A stretch of 64,000 nt of DNA. Origin: Octopus sinensis. Lineage: Eukaryota. Both the position numbers and the translations under genes were made by a program. Of the stretch, positions 1 through 14,282 are shown piece by piece. Position 1 is the first letter of the stretch; each line of letters begins with the position of its first letter. Under the pieces are notes generated by a model. It was given only the letters and a program-made list of their open reading frames with translations, searched no databases and had not been told where the DNA came from. The stretch spans positions 156,860,001 through 156,924,000 of the forward strand of contig NC_042997.1 in the NCBI RefSeq assembly GCF_006345805.1. Reading direction: 5' to 3'.

Positions 1-457
1 CTCTTCTCTCTTTCCCAGTCTTCTCTTTTTCTCACTCCTCTCTTTCTCTTACTCTCTCTTTCTCCTCTCTCCCCTCATTCTCCGCATCGTTACTTTAAAA
101 GTTTTTTTTCTTTTGTAGAGATTGGTTGGCTAGATCTGAAATACAGTAACTCCAAAAATTGTTGTTGTTGTTGTTGTTTGGCCTCAGATCTGACTTGATC
201 GATCAAGCAGATCTACGATCAAAGATATTCCAACCATAACCATTCCATCTAGGCCATTGAGTCTAGTCTGTAGTGAATACAATGCCTCATAATCCAACAT
301 ATCCTTCTTTTTTAAGACAATAGGATATGACTTTTAGGGTCATTTTATGTCTATTTCTGGAATAGTACATAGCCAAACGGTTAGGCAACTGAACTCCCTA
401 GTATATGATTGTGTGTTCAGTTCCTGGTCCAGTAGGAGCATTGTGTCTTCCCTTTCT

Positions 458-875
458 TTATTTCTTTACTACCCACAAGGGGCTAAACACAGAGAGGACA
501 AACAAGGACAGACAAATGGATTAAGTTGATTATATTGACCCCAGTGCATTACTGGTACTTATTTAATCAACCCCGAAAAGATGAAAGGCAAAGTCGACCT
601 CGGCGGAATTTGAACTCAGACCGTAGCGGTAGACGAAATACCTATTTCTTTACTACTCACAAGGGGATAAACACAGAGAGGACCAACAAGGACAGACAAA
701 TGGATTAAGTCGATTAAATCGACCCCAGTGCATAACTGGTACTTATTTAATCGACCCCGAAAGGATGAAAGGCAAAGTCGACCTCGGCGGAATTTGAACT
801 CAGAACATAGTGGCAGATGAAATACCGCTAAGCATTTCGCCCAGCGTGTTAACGATTCTGCCAGCTCGCCGCCTT
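458..875 (-). mobile_element. tRNA-derived SINE family A with internal tandem duplication (other copies: 11310-11545 -, 12290-12515 +, 44558-44790 -, 46258-46648 -; degenerate 4003-4220 -, 8957-9172 +, 29650-29865 -)
   Basis: Head ggcggcgagctggcagaatcgtta (A box) ... gagttcaaattcc (B box); body gccgaggtcgactttgcctttcatcctttcggggtcga. Confidence 0.85.
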
Positions 876-1286
876 CATTGTGTCTTCACTTAACTCCACA
901 TTAATCTAGCCTGCTCATCTGGCAAAAATGAACATTAAAGACTAGAAAAATACCCAATAGAGTACTCAATAAGTATGGTAGCATTAATGTACCAGTGCTA
1001 CTACCAAGCCTTGAAGAATATTTAGTTGAATAAATCGATCCCAGTACTTTTTTTTAAGGCTGGTGCTTATTCCATTGGTCTCTTTTGCTGAACCTCTAAT
1101 TTATGGAGATGTAAACATACCAACATTGGTTGTCAAGCGATGTGGGGGACAAACACAAATACAAAGGCACCCACACACACACACACAGACACACACACAG
1201 ACGCACAGACAGACAGGCAGACAGACAGACAGACACAGACACACACACACACAGACAGACACACAGACTGACAGACAGACAGACAG

Positions 1287-1319
<33 letters not shown>

Positions 1320-3724
1320 TACGATGTACTTCTTTCAGTCTCCATCTATCAAATACACTCACAAGGCTTTGGGTAACGTGAGGCTATAATGGAAGACACT
1401 AGCCCAAGGTGTCACACAGTAGGACTGAACCTGGAACCGTGTGGTTGGGAAGCAAGCTTCTTACCATATGACCACACCTGTGCTTATATGTGATATGAGT
1501 TCAAACACTCTTTAATCCAATGAACAGTTTGCTGAGGAGGAGTGACATAACTTGACACAAATGTTGCTACAGGCATTGCAGTCAGAATGCAGAGAGCCAC
1601 AACAGAAACTGCAAGCCATTTTATCTGATCATCCACAGTTCTACCAATCTGTCACTGAAAGAATGGAAGGTAAAGTTGACCTTAATGAGATTTGAGCTCA
1701 GAATGCAGAAAATCAAAACAACTACTGCAAGGTATTCTATCCAACACTCTGATAATCTGTTAATATTCTTTATATTACTATATTTGATGGAATTTAAGGG
1801 GCAATTTTTTTTCTAAAAATAATGTCTTAAAAAAAATTTAGGCCCCTCATAAGCTTTAATGCACTAAAAAGTTTTTCCTGAACATGCACTGTCAAAATTA
1901 GTGTGCATCTAACATACATGTATGTCTTCTTTGCCATGAGATATGGTATATAACCTCAGGAGATACCACTGAAGATAGGTATAGAAAATGGTACTCATGG
2001 ATGCAGGTGTGGTAAGAAGCTTGCTTCCCAGCTACATGGTTCTGAGTAAGGTGTCACACAGTGGCTTCTACTATAGCCTCAAGCTGACAACCACCAGCAC
2101 CACCAGCACCATCAATGGCAGTTCTTTCCAATTTAAGCACAAAGCCAGCAATTTCCTGAAGAGAAGGTTAGTCAATACCATTGACCCTAGTACTCTATTG
2201 GTACTTTATTTCATTGACTTTGGAGGAATGAAAGGTAAGGTGACCTTGGTGGGATTTGAACTCGGAACATAAACATTTAGAACAAATATGGCAAGGCATT
2301 TTTCTAGTGCTGCCACCTTTAAAAACTGCTTTTAATTTAGGCCCAAGGCTGGCAATTTTGAAGGGAAGGAGTTAGTCAGTTACATGGACTTCAGTACTGA
2401 ATTGGTAAATTTATTTTATCAACCCCAGAAGGATGAAATGTAAAACCCAGCTCAAAATGTAGAGAGCTGGAGTAGATACAACAAAGCAATTTGTTTTTCT
2501 AACACTTTTAACAATTCTGCCAATCCACTACTCTTGATAATGATGATGATAATGATGATAATGATGACGATGATGATGATGACAATTATGATGAAGATAA
2601 TGATGATGTAGATAATGACGTTAATGATGTTATTAGTTGGACTTGTTTTTTTCTCTGTAATCTTAAGAGATATATTTCTAAACTTAACTGATGAAAAATT
2701 GATGTTTATTCTTCAAATAAAGAGATGTTTCTTAAATGGTTTTATGTTAGAGAACAACTGTTCTGCACTTCCTCCCAGATGACATTAAAAAACATAACGT
2801 GAATATAATATGCAAAAACAAAATATGTATATATATTTATAAAAAAAAATAAAACAGTGCTATTAAGTTTTAAAACACTAACAAACGTTTGTGCTTTTGT
2901 TAAACCTCTTTGGGCCTTTATGAAAATAAGTAGAAACTTATCAGCTCAATCAGCTAATAATTTGATTGTGGAAAACTGTGCCAGTTTTTCTAAGATTCTT
3001 GTTTGTCATTCAATATCTTTTTTATCTATAAATCTTTCTTCCTTATTTTTTTTTACTTTAAAAAAATTCTATTCCCCCATTTGTTCACTTCTAGCTCATT
3101 CCATCTGTCCAGATGTTTATTCGTTTAAACTACTTTAAAAAATAGTAACTACTTTTATAACTTATGTTTTTAGTAATCCAGTAATCTATAGATATGACCA
3201 TCTGATAAAAACATGTTTTAATAGTCTGAGTTATCTGTGTTTTCTTCCTGGCTGAAGTTTTCTTAAGATGACCTCAACTAATTTCAAGAAATTTATCTCA
3301 ACCTTCTCCACAAAGTACAAAGACAAGTCTACACCAGGCAGACAGATTGATAACATTTCTGCACACTCTGCAAGAAATATATACAATTTTACAATATTTT
3401 CATCTGCAAAAAAAATCTGATAAGTGTAGTAGAAAACAAATTGCTGTTGTTTTCCTTCTATTCTTTTTTTCATGCAGTTGTATAATTTTAAAATGTTCTG
3501 GTATTTGTGTTTGTTCTTTGTTTTATGTATTGTAAAAACATATTTCATTACTTACATAACACTAAGTCAAATTGCACTAACCAGTATACAATCTAGTAAA
3601 TTTACTATATTCTACTCTTGTCTCTACTACAAAAAGTACATTAAAATCTATGCTTTCCCTAATGAGGTCATATAAAAATTCAAAACGTCTGGAATTGTCT
3701 CCCTTACTGAAATAATTAAAATAA

Positions 3725-4000
3725 TATTTCATTTTTGTATTTGGTCTGCAAGATTCTAGATGTGAATTTGTTTGTTGAAGCAAATTATGTTGTGTCTGGA
3801 GAGAGTCATATTGTCTTAATGCTTTATTATCTAACACACTCACTGGTTCGATTTCCACTCATTTATTGTTTATATCTTTTCTTTCAAACTTTGCATTGCT
3901 TTTGCAAAGAAAAAAAAAAGAGTGGAAATCTAACCAGTGATTGTGTTAGATAATAAGGCATTAAAACAATATAACTTTCCCCAGACACAACATAAAATGA
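3725..4000. mobile_element. Foldback repeat family copy 1 (same family as 14283-15025 and 28511-28826), centre deleted
   Basis: Shared leader tttg(g/t)atttggt(c/t)tgcaagattct; arms ~3785-3860 and ~3920-3995 are inverted. Confidence 0.7.
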
Positions 4001-4944
4001 TATTGATTTCAAATTTTTGGCATAAGGCCAGCAAGTTCAGGGAGGGGTGGCTAGTCAATTATATCAACCCCAGTACTTAACAGGCGCTTATTTTATTGAT
4101 CCCAAAAGGACAAAAGGCAGTTGATCTAGGTGGAATTTGAACTCAGAACTTAAAGATGAATGAAATGTCACTAAGCAATTTTCCTGGTGTGCTAACGATT
4201 CTGCCAGCTTGCTGCCTTTAATGATTAAAATAATATTAATCTTTGATTTATATTGTCTTTTCCTCATTGCATAATTATCTTTAGTTAAGTTTATTTTTAA
4301 GCTTCCTGAATTAAATATGATAATACTGGTGTAACAGTTTTTATTTCTACTTGGTGTTTCAATGCTTTTAGCATTATATATTTAAAGCTTAGCTGTTAGT
4401 TTCTAATAATTTAACTGATATAGAACACTTTGTGGTTTCTGCATATTTATCTTCACATTTTCAACTCTATATTTTGATAAATATAATCCTTTGTGATAAA
4501 AAAGGCTCATGAAATTTAAACTCAGACTCATTAAGCATTAAGAAAATGCAAAAAAGAAAAATAATCCTTTCCTACGTCTGAATTATCTTAGACGATATGA
4601 CTCAGTAACTACATACACTGAAGAATTTAGAAATAAATGTGTGTCCAGTTATAAAATGAAATATCATCAGTGGGAATGAACTCACAACTCATGAGTTGGT
4701 AGCCAGGTATTTTATCTACTCAGTCATTTCATTTGTACAACCAGAAATAAATATGAATAATTTAGCTCAGTTATATTCCCATAAAACTTCTTCAGTCAAA
4801 AACACTTTTATAGGCTTAGGCATTGTTGTATGGTTAAAGAGATTGCTTTTCAACTATGTGGTTTCAAGTTCAGTCCCACTGTCTGGCATCTTGGGTGAAT
4901 GTCTTCTACTATAGCTCTAGGATTGACCAGTACCTTGTGAATGA

Positions 4945-5215
4945 ATCTCGCCTGGCCTCCGTGCCGGTGGCACGTAAAAAGCACCATCCGAGCATGGCCG
5001 TTCACCAGCCTCGTCTGGCACCTGTGTCAGTGGCACATAAAAAGCACCCACTACACTCACGGAGTGGTTGGCGTTAGGAAGGGCATCCAGCTGTAGAAAC
5101 ACTGCCTGATCTGACTGGCCTGGTGCAGCCTTCGGGCTTCCCAGACCCCAGTTGAACCGTCCAACCCATGCCAGCATGGAAAGCGGACGTTAAACGATGA
5201 TGATGACGATGACGA
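4945..5215 (+). mobile_element. RTE-3'-tail short repeat (other copies: ~22220-22650 -, 31365-31910 +, 37585-37840 -, 41470-41655 +, 42920-43285 +, 44965-45332 +, 46690-47065 +, 63885-64000 -)
   Basis: Conserved gcacccactacactc.cggagtggttggcgttaggaagggcatccagctgtagaaac...cgtccaacccatgc.agcatggaaagcggacgttaaac(gat)n, matching the LINE 3' end at 34345-34510. Confidence 0.85.
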
Positions 5216-5220
5216 TATAT

Positions 5221-5556
5221 ATATATAAAAAAAAGGAAATGAAGAAAATGCTGACAAAATAATTTAAGTAATTTAAGTAATTTAATTAGGTGAAAGTTCT
5301 TTTACCGGTTGCACATTTGTTATGCTTATCAAAAGATAATTTTTTTAAGAGAGATAGAGTTCTTTTCTGATAGATTTTTCCTCTTATCTGATAAGAGGAA
5401 AAAATCTATCAGAAAAGAACTCTATCTCTCTTAAAAAAATTATCTTTGATAAGCATAACAAATGTGCAACCGGTAAAAAGAACTTTCACCTAATTAAATT
5501 ACTTAAATTACTTAAATTATTTTGTCAGCATTTTCTTCATTTCCTTTTTTATATAT
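5221..5556. repeat. Near-perfect ~335-bp palindrome with 1-nt spacer at 5389
   Basis: ...ctcttatc-t-gataagag...; the only arm differences I found are homopolymer lengths. Confidence 0.95.
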
Positions 5557-5584
5557 CACAACTCGTGTTCCACATCTCCTTTTT

Positions 5585-5630
<46 letters not shown>

Positions 5631-6924
5631 AAAGTCACTACCTAGGAATGAAACTAGAAATCATATGTTTGGATGTAAAAATAACTAAATAACACAAATT
5701 GAATTCTGTCAAGGATTGATGACAACAGCAAACGACTAACCCATTCATGTCTCTGATTGTGAAACCAACAGAACCATTAACTCATAAGATTCCAGCTATG
5801 ATAAACAACATATAGAATTGTCATTAACAACTTTGTCTTTGGCACCTTTTCTTTAACAGACCATTGGCTATATATTGATGGTTTTTATCTGTTAACTAGT
5901 CAGTGGCTGCATGTAGTCAAGATCACTGGCTTCAAGAATTCATGTCATTCAACTTGACTATAAATGTGGTAACTTCAATCCAAACCATTCATGGCTATTG
6001 CCATTGCTAACTCACAGAAACTGACTCGCTTGATTTAGATATTTTTTTCTATTGTTACGACAACATTTTTGTGAACAATAAATGTTTTGTATTTGGAATT
6101 TCACACAGACTTTTGTTCTTTCATCTGCCAACCATATCAAAATATACCAAATGCTACAGTTGTAATTGTTAGTCTTCTTCCTCTTATTCCAATAATGTTG
6201 CAGCTTCTGGATCTTATACTAAAAAAAAAATTGTTTAATAACTTCCCAGCAGTACTACATACTCCAGAACTCCAGAACTCCGACAAACAACCATTATTTT
6301 TTTACAAGAATTATACAAATAACTCTGATATTTTTGTTTCTAAGTCAGTCAGCGAAGAAGGAAGAGTAAAGAGGGATATCTGTGCCCTGGACTTTTGGTA
6401 GGTTAGGATCAACATAGTTGATTTTTAATTTTTAATTTGGAATCCTGTAGGTCAATGACTGCAGGGAAATATGTAGGTGGGAAAAAGAATTTAAGAGGAT
6501 TTCAGTTGTAAGAAGCAAGATCAAATATAATGCAAATTGTTGGAAACAAGACATAATGAAGGTGATAGGAAGAGTAGAGGCGAGTGGATGGGTCAGGAGG
6601 ATATGAAGTTAGCTGATTCAGAATGTCAGAAGCCATTGTAGTATTGATAAAAGAGGGGCAGAAAGATGAACTGTTTTTGTAAGCTAGTTGCTGAATAAAT
6701 CATCCTGAATAAAGCCTGTTGCTGAATAAATTATCCTGTGATGATGGAGATATATTATGTGCAGAATTGATGAAGTAAATGCTATCAGGTGTTTACTTAA
6801 GGTCACCTAACCTTTCTTATAATTCACAGAAAAATCATAATGCAACAATGAAATATTGGTCATACTGACAAAAACAAATGTAGATGATTAGTAGATGGAG
6901 CCACTAAGATGAATGAGAAGAAGA

Positions 6925-6965
6925 GAATAATAATAATAATAATAATAATAATATAATAATAATAA

Positions 6966-6996
<31 letters not shown>

Positions 6997-7057
6997 AAGA
7001 AGAAGAAGAAGAAGAAGAAGAAGAAAGAAGAAGAAGAAGAAGAAGAAGGAGAAGAAG
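6925..7057. repeat. (AAT)n(GAA)n microsatellite
   Basis: Direct reading. Confidence 0.95.
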
Positions 7058-7985
7058 ATATATTTCAAACTGAACAGTAATCAAGCTAATCTCCATCAAT
7101 TATGTGCATGCCACCATCCCTAGTCTTAGACTTCCTAAAAAGGCTACAGGTGGATGGGTGGTATTTCTCTATCCTCTTCTACTAATGAATTTGGAAAAAG
7201 TAACACTGAAACAAAACACATTGCCATTAAGTTTACAAAGCAAACTATACAGCATTTCTTAAACATCCATTTTCCTTTATTCTGAACTGAATATTAAAGA
7301 ATTTGTAAACTTGATTCAGTCTCTGGCTGATGCGTTGCTAAAATAAGTAAAAGAAAAAATTAAGTTTCCAATTTCCCTAAAAAGAAAAAAAGAAAAAAGA
7401 AACAGAGAAAAATGGGAAATTCAAATTTAGCCATTATTGTATAATCCCAAGTCAGACCTGAACAAGCAGAATGATGATAAACAGCATCCCAGCTACGTCC
7501 ATTGTCTTTTTAGATATCAATGATTACATTATCCAACGTGTCTGCCTTTTCTTTTCAAGACGTTAGGATGTTATTTGAAGGAACGTGGCTGCTATTCTAG
7601 GCAAGATGAGTGACTATGTAAAGGTCGTTGACTTGATACATATTTGCTCATTGTTGTTTAAGGTTCCAGATCAGCATTATACCAGTTATGCCAAATCTAC
7701 TGCCTTTTCTGAGCAATACTAGGTATTTTTAATTAGGTATTTTATGTCTATTTCGTTAAATATATTAACAATAATTTAATACATAACACTTAACTTATTG
7801 TTATTCATGCAAATGGTATCTCCAAAATAATAACTGAATGATTAGTCCTGGTTATTTTTATATTTATATAATTTAAATGAATTTATTTGGCACATTTTAC
7901 CCTAGTAATTGCTTTCATTTATTGAACTCCAGATGAATGATAGGTCAGGTTAACCTCTGGTGGATTTGAACTTAGAATCTAAGGA

Positions 7986-8142
7986 CAGGGGCAGACCCAA
8001 GGTGGGGTGGGGGACTGAAGGGCATGCCCCCCTCCCCTGAAAAGAAGTGCACCCTTCTAAATAATGTTATTACACACTTTTCTCCTGGAATTGTTTCCTT
8101 CTGATCTTGTGCCCTTCAGAAAAATTCCTGGGACTGTGCCTG
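7986..8142. mobile_element. Small GC-terminal MITE (Harbinger-like)
   Basis: caggggcagacccaagg ... cctgggactgtgcctg imperfect TIRs. Confidence 0.5.
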
Positions 8143-9172
8143 AAAGAGATATAGCTAAATACTGTAACTGTACTAATTTTGCCTACACATAATTGTAAGA
8201 TTAAGGATTAGGTGGTGTATTGTGTTCTTGAGCAAAACACTTCATTTCATGTTGTTCTAGTTCACTCAGCTGGTAAAAATGAGTAACCCTGCAAAGGACT
8301 GGTAACCTCTCCAGAGAGGAATATATATGTCAGACAAACAAAGAAACTGGCCCTATACTCTTTACAGAGTGTGAGGACCAACCATTCCCTTTTGAAAAAC
8401 AATATTCATTTCCTTTTTTTGCTGGTTTCAGTCCCTGGACTATGGCCATGCTGCAGCACTCCCTTCGAAGGTTTTAGTCAATAATTTCAGTCCCTAAACC
8501 TTTCTACTGAAAGACTCACAATTTTTCTAACTCTACAAACATTAGTTACTACTATTGATGATGGGAGTGTTAATATGGGCTTAAGTCTTAACAATTATCT
8601 CTATCATCCTCATTGTTTTTATGTCCAATTTTCCATGCTTGTATCAGTTGGAATTTATGGAGGCTGATTTTCTACAGCCCTTCCTTTTGCCAATCCTCAC
8701 CTGTTTCCAAGCAAAGAAATATTTTCCAATAGCTAGTCATGTTCTCAGAAGACTCATTTATGTAATCCACTCACAAGGCTTTGGTCAGTCTAGGGCTATA
8801 GCTGAAGAAGCTTGCCCAAGATGCCTCACAGTGGAACTGAACCCAAGATTACATGGTTGAGAAGAAAGCTTCTCAACCACACAACCATGCTTGAGCTTCC
8901 ACTCATCAATAAAATAAGTATCAGCCAAAAACTGTAGCCAATATTAATTCACTATAAGGCAGTGAGCTGGCAGAATGGTAAGCATGCTGAGCAAAATGCT
9001 TACTGGCATTCTGTCTGTCTTTTTGTTCTGAGTTCAAATGCTTCTGAGGTCAACTTTACCTTTCATCATTTCAAGGTTGACAAATAAGTACCAGTTGAGT
9101 ACTGGGGTTGATGTAATTGACTTACCCTCTCTCCTGAAGTTGCTAGTCTTGTGCCAAACTTTGAAACCAATA

Positions 9173-9389
9173 TTAACCCTTTTGTTACCATATTTCTGTT
9201 GAGATGCTTTATGTATCTTTCAATTAATTTTAAATATAACAAAGAATTTTGTTATCATTAAGCTAGTGTTAGGAATGTAAATTGTGACTAAGGTTTGGTG
9301 AAAGATTCTAATTCAGAACTTTTGAAAACAAAACATTTGTACTACAGAGCCAGGGGCGGTTTCAGGCGGGTTGGTATCAGAAGGGTTAA
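9173..9389. mobile_element. TTAA-flanked (piggyBac-like) MITE; relatives at ~58693-58922 and ~61790-62052
   Basis: ttaa-cccttttgttacc ... ggtatcagaaggg-ttaa. Confidence 0.75.
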
Positions 9390-12300
9390 TCAGCTATATT
9401 CTTTCCCAAAATTCAAAACCTTGCACATGTTTCTGGCCATAGAAAATCTGCTTCAACAAATTCCATCTGACCCATGCAAGAAAGGAAAAATGGATGTTAA
9501 ATGATAATGACAGTGATGATGGAGGTAGAACAGTGAAGTTTGACACCAGTGGAATTTGAACTCAGAAAATAAAGAGACATAATTAAGTACTACAAAAGAT
9601 TTTTTCCAGTACTGTTCTCATTCTGCGAATCCATCAATTCTATAAAGTAATTTATCTTGTTTACTTTACCTTATTAAACTTAATTCCTTTATCCTGCCTT
9701 GGGAGGATGAAAGGCAAAGTCAGACCGCAGAATTTGAACTCATTAATTGCTTTCCTTTTTAATGAATAATTTACTTTTTTTACTAGAAAAAAAAATTATT
9801 TTCAAGGAAACTATAATTATTTTCATAGCCATCTGTGTACCATACTTAACATATATACATGACTGAGATACATGATGCTGTGGTTTTTGTCAGTATAAGC
9901 AATTGAAACAGCGTTAAATTAAAACAGCCAGCTGTGTGCCATATTTAATGCATCAAAGGCATGATGCCGTGGTTTGTGTCTGAGAGAAAAATCTTTTCAT
10001 ATACATGCATTAAAAACATACTGGAGCAAGGCAAACATTATCTCAGCAGTAACTTATGACAATGTCAGATGTGTTTTGGCTTTCTTGGGCCTTGTCAATA
10101 ATGTGCACCTACTTGTCATATGCATTAACAAAATTTGGTTCTCCTCCCATATGGGAAACAGTGAATAATGTATTCACTGATAATGCAGAAAGCTTGCTGG
10201 GCAGAAAAAAATTGGTGTATGCAATTGAAACAGCATTAAATTAAAATGACTATTTGTGTATTGTATTTGAAAAGCAAAGCATGATTCTATGATTTTTGTA
10301 TGGGAAAAAATCTCTTCATAAAGATGTGCTAAAAAACACAATATATATATCAGAACAAAGTGGTTTACCCATAGATAATGCTAAGTTATTTATACAATAA
10401 TGAATCTAGTGTGTGTCCAGAAATGTTCTACTGCTGTTGCTGTTTCTTCTCTTCTTCTTCTTCTTCTTCTCCTCCTCCTTCTTCCTCGTCCTCATCCTCA
10501 TTCTGCTGCTGCAGTAGCAAACAGCTTAGAGTAGGTAGCAGCAAATTCTTTTTGTAATGGCTCACTTTTGGTATTTTTTCTTGTAACATTTGCCCAAAGC
10601 CCACATTTAATATCAATCATGTCAAACATAGAAAAATATCCCCAAGTATCTTCTAATTTTCTTCACTGTCAATATTTTTGTAATCAAAAATTAAACAAAC
10701 CATGCCAAAAAAAGACTGTCTAAAAGCCATCCACTGCTCAATGGCTCATAAATACATTTACACATCGGTTCTCGAGCCTCACTTCTCATTCTGAATTAGG
10801 GTCCCAAGACAATACCATTAATTTTCATGATTGCCAAAATACCTTTATACCATATTGTATGTGAGGCAAGGATCATGTAGTGTTTTCTACTCAATAACCT
10901 CTGATGGGTCATTTTGGTACCTAAGTTCATATAATAAACTAGACTCTCCAGTAGGTCACGCAAGTAAATCCAAATTCCTGGATATTTTCTACTGGTGTGG
11001 GCACATCTAATTTCCACAAATTTAAAAAAAAAAGAAGAAAATTTTGGTTTTCATGGTAAATAAAATGCCTTTTGTTCCTTTCTATTTTGCTAATTATATT
11101 TATATTTTCTGTTACTCAGCCTTTTATTTTATATCATTAATGGTGATAATCAGTATAATATAAATGTGATAAAAAAAAAAGTAAAAAGAAAGAAAATGGT
11201 TAAACATAGGTGCAAAAGTGGATGTCAGGTAAGAAGCTTGCTTCCCAACCCCATGGCTCTAGATTCAGTCCCAATGCATTGCAGCTGACCAACGGTTTGA
11301 AAATAGATTTTTATTTCTTTATTGCCCACAAGGGGCTAAACATAGAGGGGACAAACAAGGACAGACAAAGGGATTAAGTCGATTAGATCGACCCCGGTGT
11401 GTAACTGGTACTTAATTTATCGACCCCGAAAGGATGAAAAGCAAAGTCGACCTTGGCAGAATTTGAACTCAGAACGTAACGGCAAACAAAATACCACTAA
11501 GCATTTCACCTGGCGCATTAACGATTCTGCTAACTCGCTGCCTTCTTCCTTAGAATAGATTTGTTAGACAGAAACTGAATGAAGCCCATCATATATATAT
11601 ATGGCGGTATATATAAAGCACCCAGTGCACTCTGTTAAATGGTTGGTATTAGGAAGGGCATCCAGCCATAGAAACTATGTCTCAACAGACAGCTGGAGTC
11701 TAGACAGCTCTCTGCTAGCCAGCTCCATGTCAAACTGTCCAACCCATGCCAACATGGAAAGTGGATGTTGAATGATGATGATGATGCATGTATGTATATC
11801 TCTGAATGTATGTGTCTTTGTGTATGTGTTTGTTCCCCCACCACTGCTTGATGAGTGGTGTTAGTTTATTTACATCCTTGTAACCTAACAGTTCAGAAAA
11901 AGAGATTGATTAAATAAGTACCGGGCTTTGCAAAAAAAAAAAAATGTCCTGGAGTCGATTTGTTTGACCTTCAAGGTGGTGCCCCAGCATGGCCTCAGTC
12001 AAATGGCTGATGCAAGTACAAGATAGAAAAGAAATGTTCTAGTGCACCATAATCACACACTTAAGCAATTGCAGCATGCCAGCTCCCAAAAGACTCATAC
12101 TGGTGGGTTTTCCAAACATACCACCATGACCACCTGGTTGGTTGTATGGGAACCAGCATATTAAATTTGAACCTTGTTTTAGAGTACATTTTAAGGCCAA
12201 ATTCCCATAGAGAACATCTCAGTGGTTCATGAGTTGCTGACTCTTGTTTATAGAAAGGTGTTGCATGAGACAAGATATCATCAGGCGATGAAGGCAGAGA

Positions 12301-13616
12301 GATGGCAGAAACGTTAGCACACCGGGCAAAATGCTTAGCGGTATTTCGTCTGCCGCTATGTTCTGAGTTCAAATTCCGCCGAGGTTGACTTTGCCTTTTA
12401 TCCTTTCGGGGTCGATTAAATAAGTACCAGTTAAGCACTGGGGTCGATGTAATCGACTTTATCCATTTGTTTGTCCCCTCTGTGTGTAGCTCCTTGTGGG
12501 CAGTAAAGAAATAAGATATCATCATCTTCATTATCATCATTTAAGTGTTCCCTTTTCTATGCTTGTAAGGGACAAAACAGAATTTGTTGAGGTAGATTTT
12601 CTATGACAGGACACTCTTCCTGTTGCCGACTCTTATTTATTCCCAAGTAAATTAATACTTACCATGGCCAGACATGTTTTCTATGGGACACTGGAAATAA
12701 ACAACACTGCTTATATAACAGTGATGCTTGTTTACAACCATCATGTGATGTCAAGACAAGGAGACAGTAACACACACACACACACACGACAGGCTTCTTT
12801 CAGTTTCTGTCTACAAAATCCACTCACTGCTTGGGACTATATCAGAAGATGCCCAAAGTGCCAAGCAATGAGACTGAACCCAAAACCATGTGGTTGGAAA
12901 GCAAGCTTTTTAACCACTTAGTTATGGCTGTGCGTATTCTCACAAACAATGAATAAATGGATAACAAGTATATATTCCACCTGAGTAAGTACCAGTGAAC
13001 CAATGATTGTTCTGTCAGAAACATGTTACCAAAGATGCTATTGTTCGCAAAATGCATCATATAAAACAGAAATTAAAAATAAATAAGTAAATAAAAGAGA
13101 AGAAAATCATTCAAAATTGAACTTTATTCATTGTTTAAAATTTAAAGAAACATAATTTTTTTTGTTATTTAAAATTTTATTTCTCCAAAATACCATTCTT
13201 TGTATACTAGTGTGTATGTGTATTTGTATGTAAGTGTGTGTGCATGAGAAGGTGTGTCTGCATGTATGCATGTGTGTGAATAACATGTGCTTGTGTATAT
13301 AAGGGGTGTGATTCTGGAACATGTATGTAGGAGGATGCATGCATGTGTTTGTGTAAGTGTGCATGTAGGGGGTTTGTGTATGTGTGTATGTATGTATATG
13401 CAGGAGAATGTGTGTCTGTGTATGTATGAATGTGTGTGTGTGTGGTCTGTGTCTGTGTAGCTGTAAATAGAGGAAGGGTGTGTATCTATGTGCATGCATG
13501 TAAGATAGTGTGTATGTATGTAGGATGATGTATGTCAGTGTGTATATATCTGCTTGATTATTTTCCTTCATTTCCTCTTGGACTCGCTCTGCCTTTCTTT
13601 CTTTCTTTCTTTCTAG

Positions 13617-13745
13617 CAGCTGTGGTCAGATCAAGACGAATTGGCTCTGCCATGTTTAGAAATTTTCAAGACACTCCATATAACATGACATTGCCCCTAC
13701 AATTCCATCAGGAGTGGCGGGCATGGAATACGTTCAGTTCAGCGG
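13617..13745 (+). CDS. Candidate isolated exon of an unidentified plus-strand transcript
   Basis: (cttt)n tract + tag/cag NAGNAG acceptor, donor CGG|gtattt, 129 nt of unique sequence between GT microsatellites. One frame is open throughout (AVVRSRRIGSAMFRNFQDTPYNMTLPLQFHQEWRAWNTFSSA). No recognised homology. Confidence 0.3.
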
Positions 13746-14245
13746 GTATTTATGTGTCTATGTAGGAGGCATATTTTTGTGTGTGTGTGAGCACTTGTGT
13801 ATGTGTGTGTGTGAGCACTTGTGTATGTGTGTGTATGTGTGTGTGTGCATGAACATGTGTAAATGCAGGATGATGTATTTTTTGTCAAAGTGCTTATGTA
13901 GGAGGTGGGTATGTCTGTGTGTATGTATAAATGTAGGGAGGTGTGTTTGTGTGCACGTGTTAAGTGTATATGTAGCATGTATGTAAGTGTGTTTAGGAGG
14001 GTATGTGTCTGAATTGCATATACAAGAGGACGTGTATGCACATGTATATGTATGTCTATGTGTAAGTATACATATAGTAAGGCATGTGTGTGTGTGTGTG
14101 TGTGTGTATGTAAGAGTGGTGTGTATGGTTATATATCAATGGCTTTGAGAAAACACAATGTGAACCCCATTGCAGTGAATTCCTTCTCAGAACACAGTGA
14201 GAAGATAAAATCTTCAGAGATGCTCTAATAATCCAGCAGGTTATG

Positions 14246-14276
<31 letters not shown>

Positions 14277-14282
14277 GTGTAT

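Noticed and set aside
1063-1389. HT/VC/YI-rich ORFs here and at 13128-14041, 20972-21456, 39463-39806, 45360-45669, 62059-62505
   Set aside because: Translations of (CA)n/(TA)n microsatellites; no coding signal.
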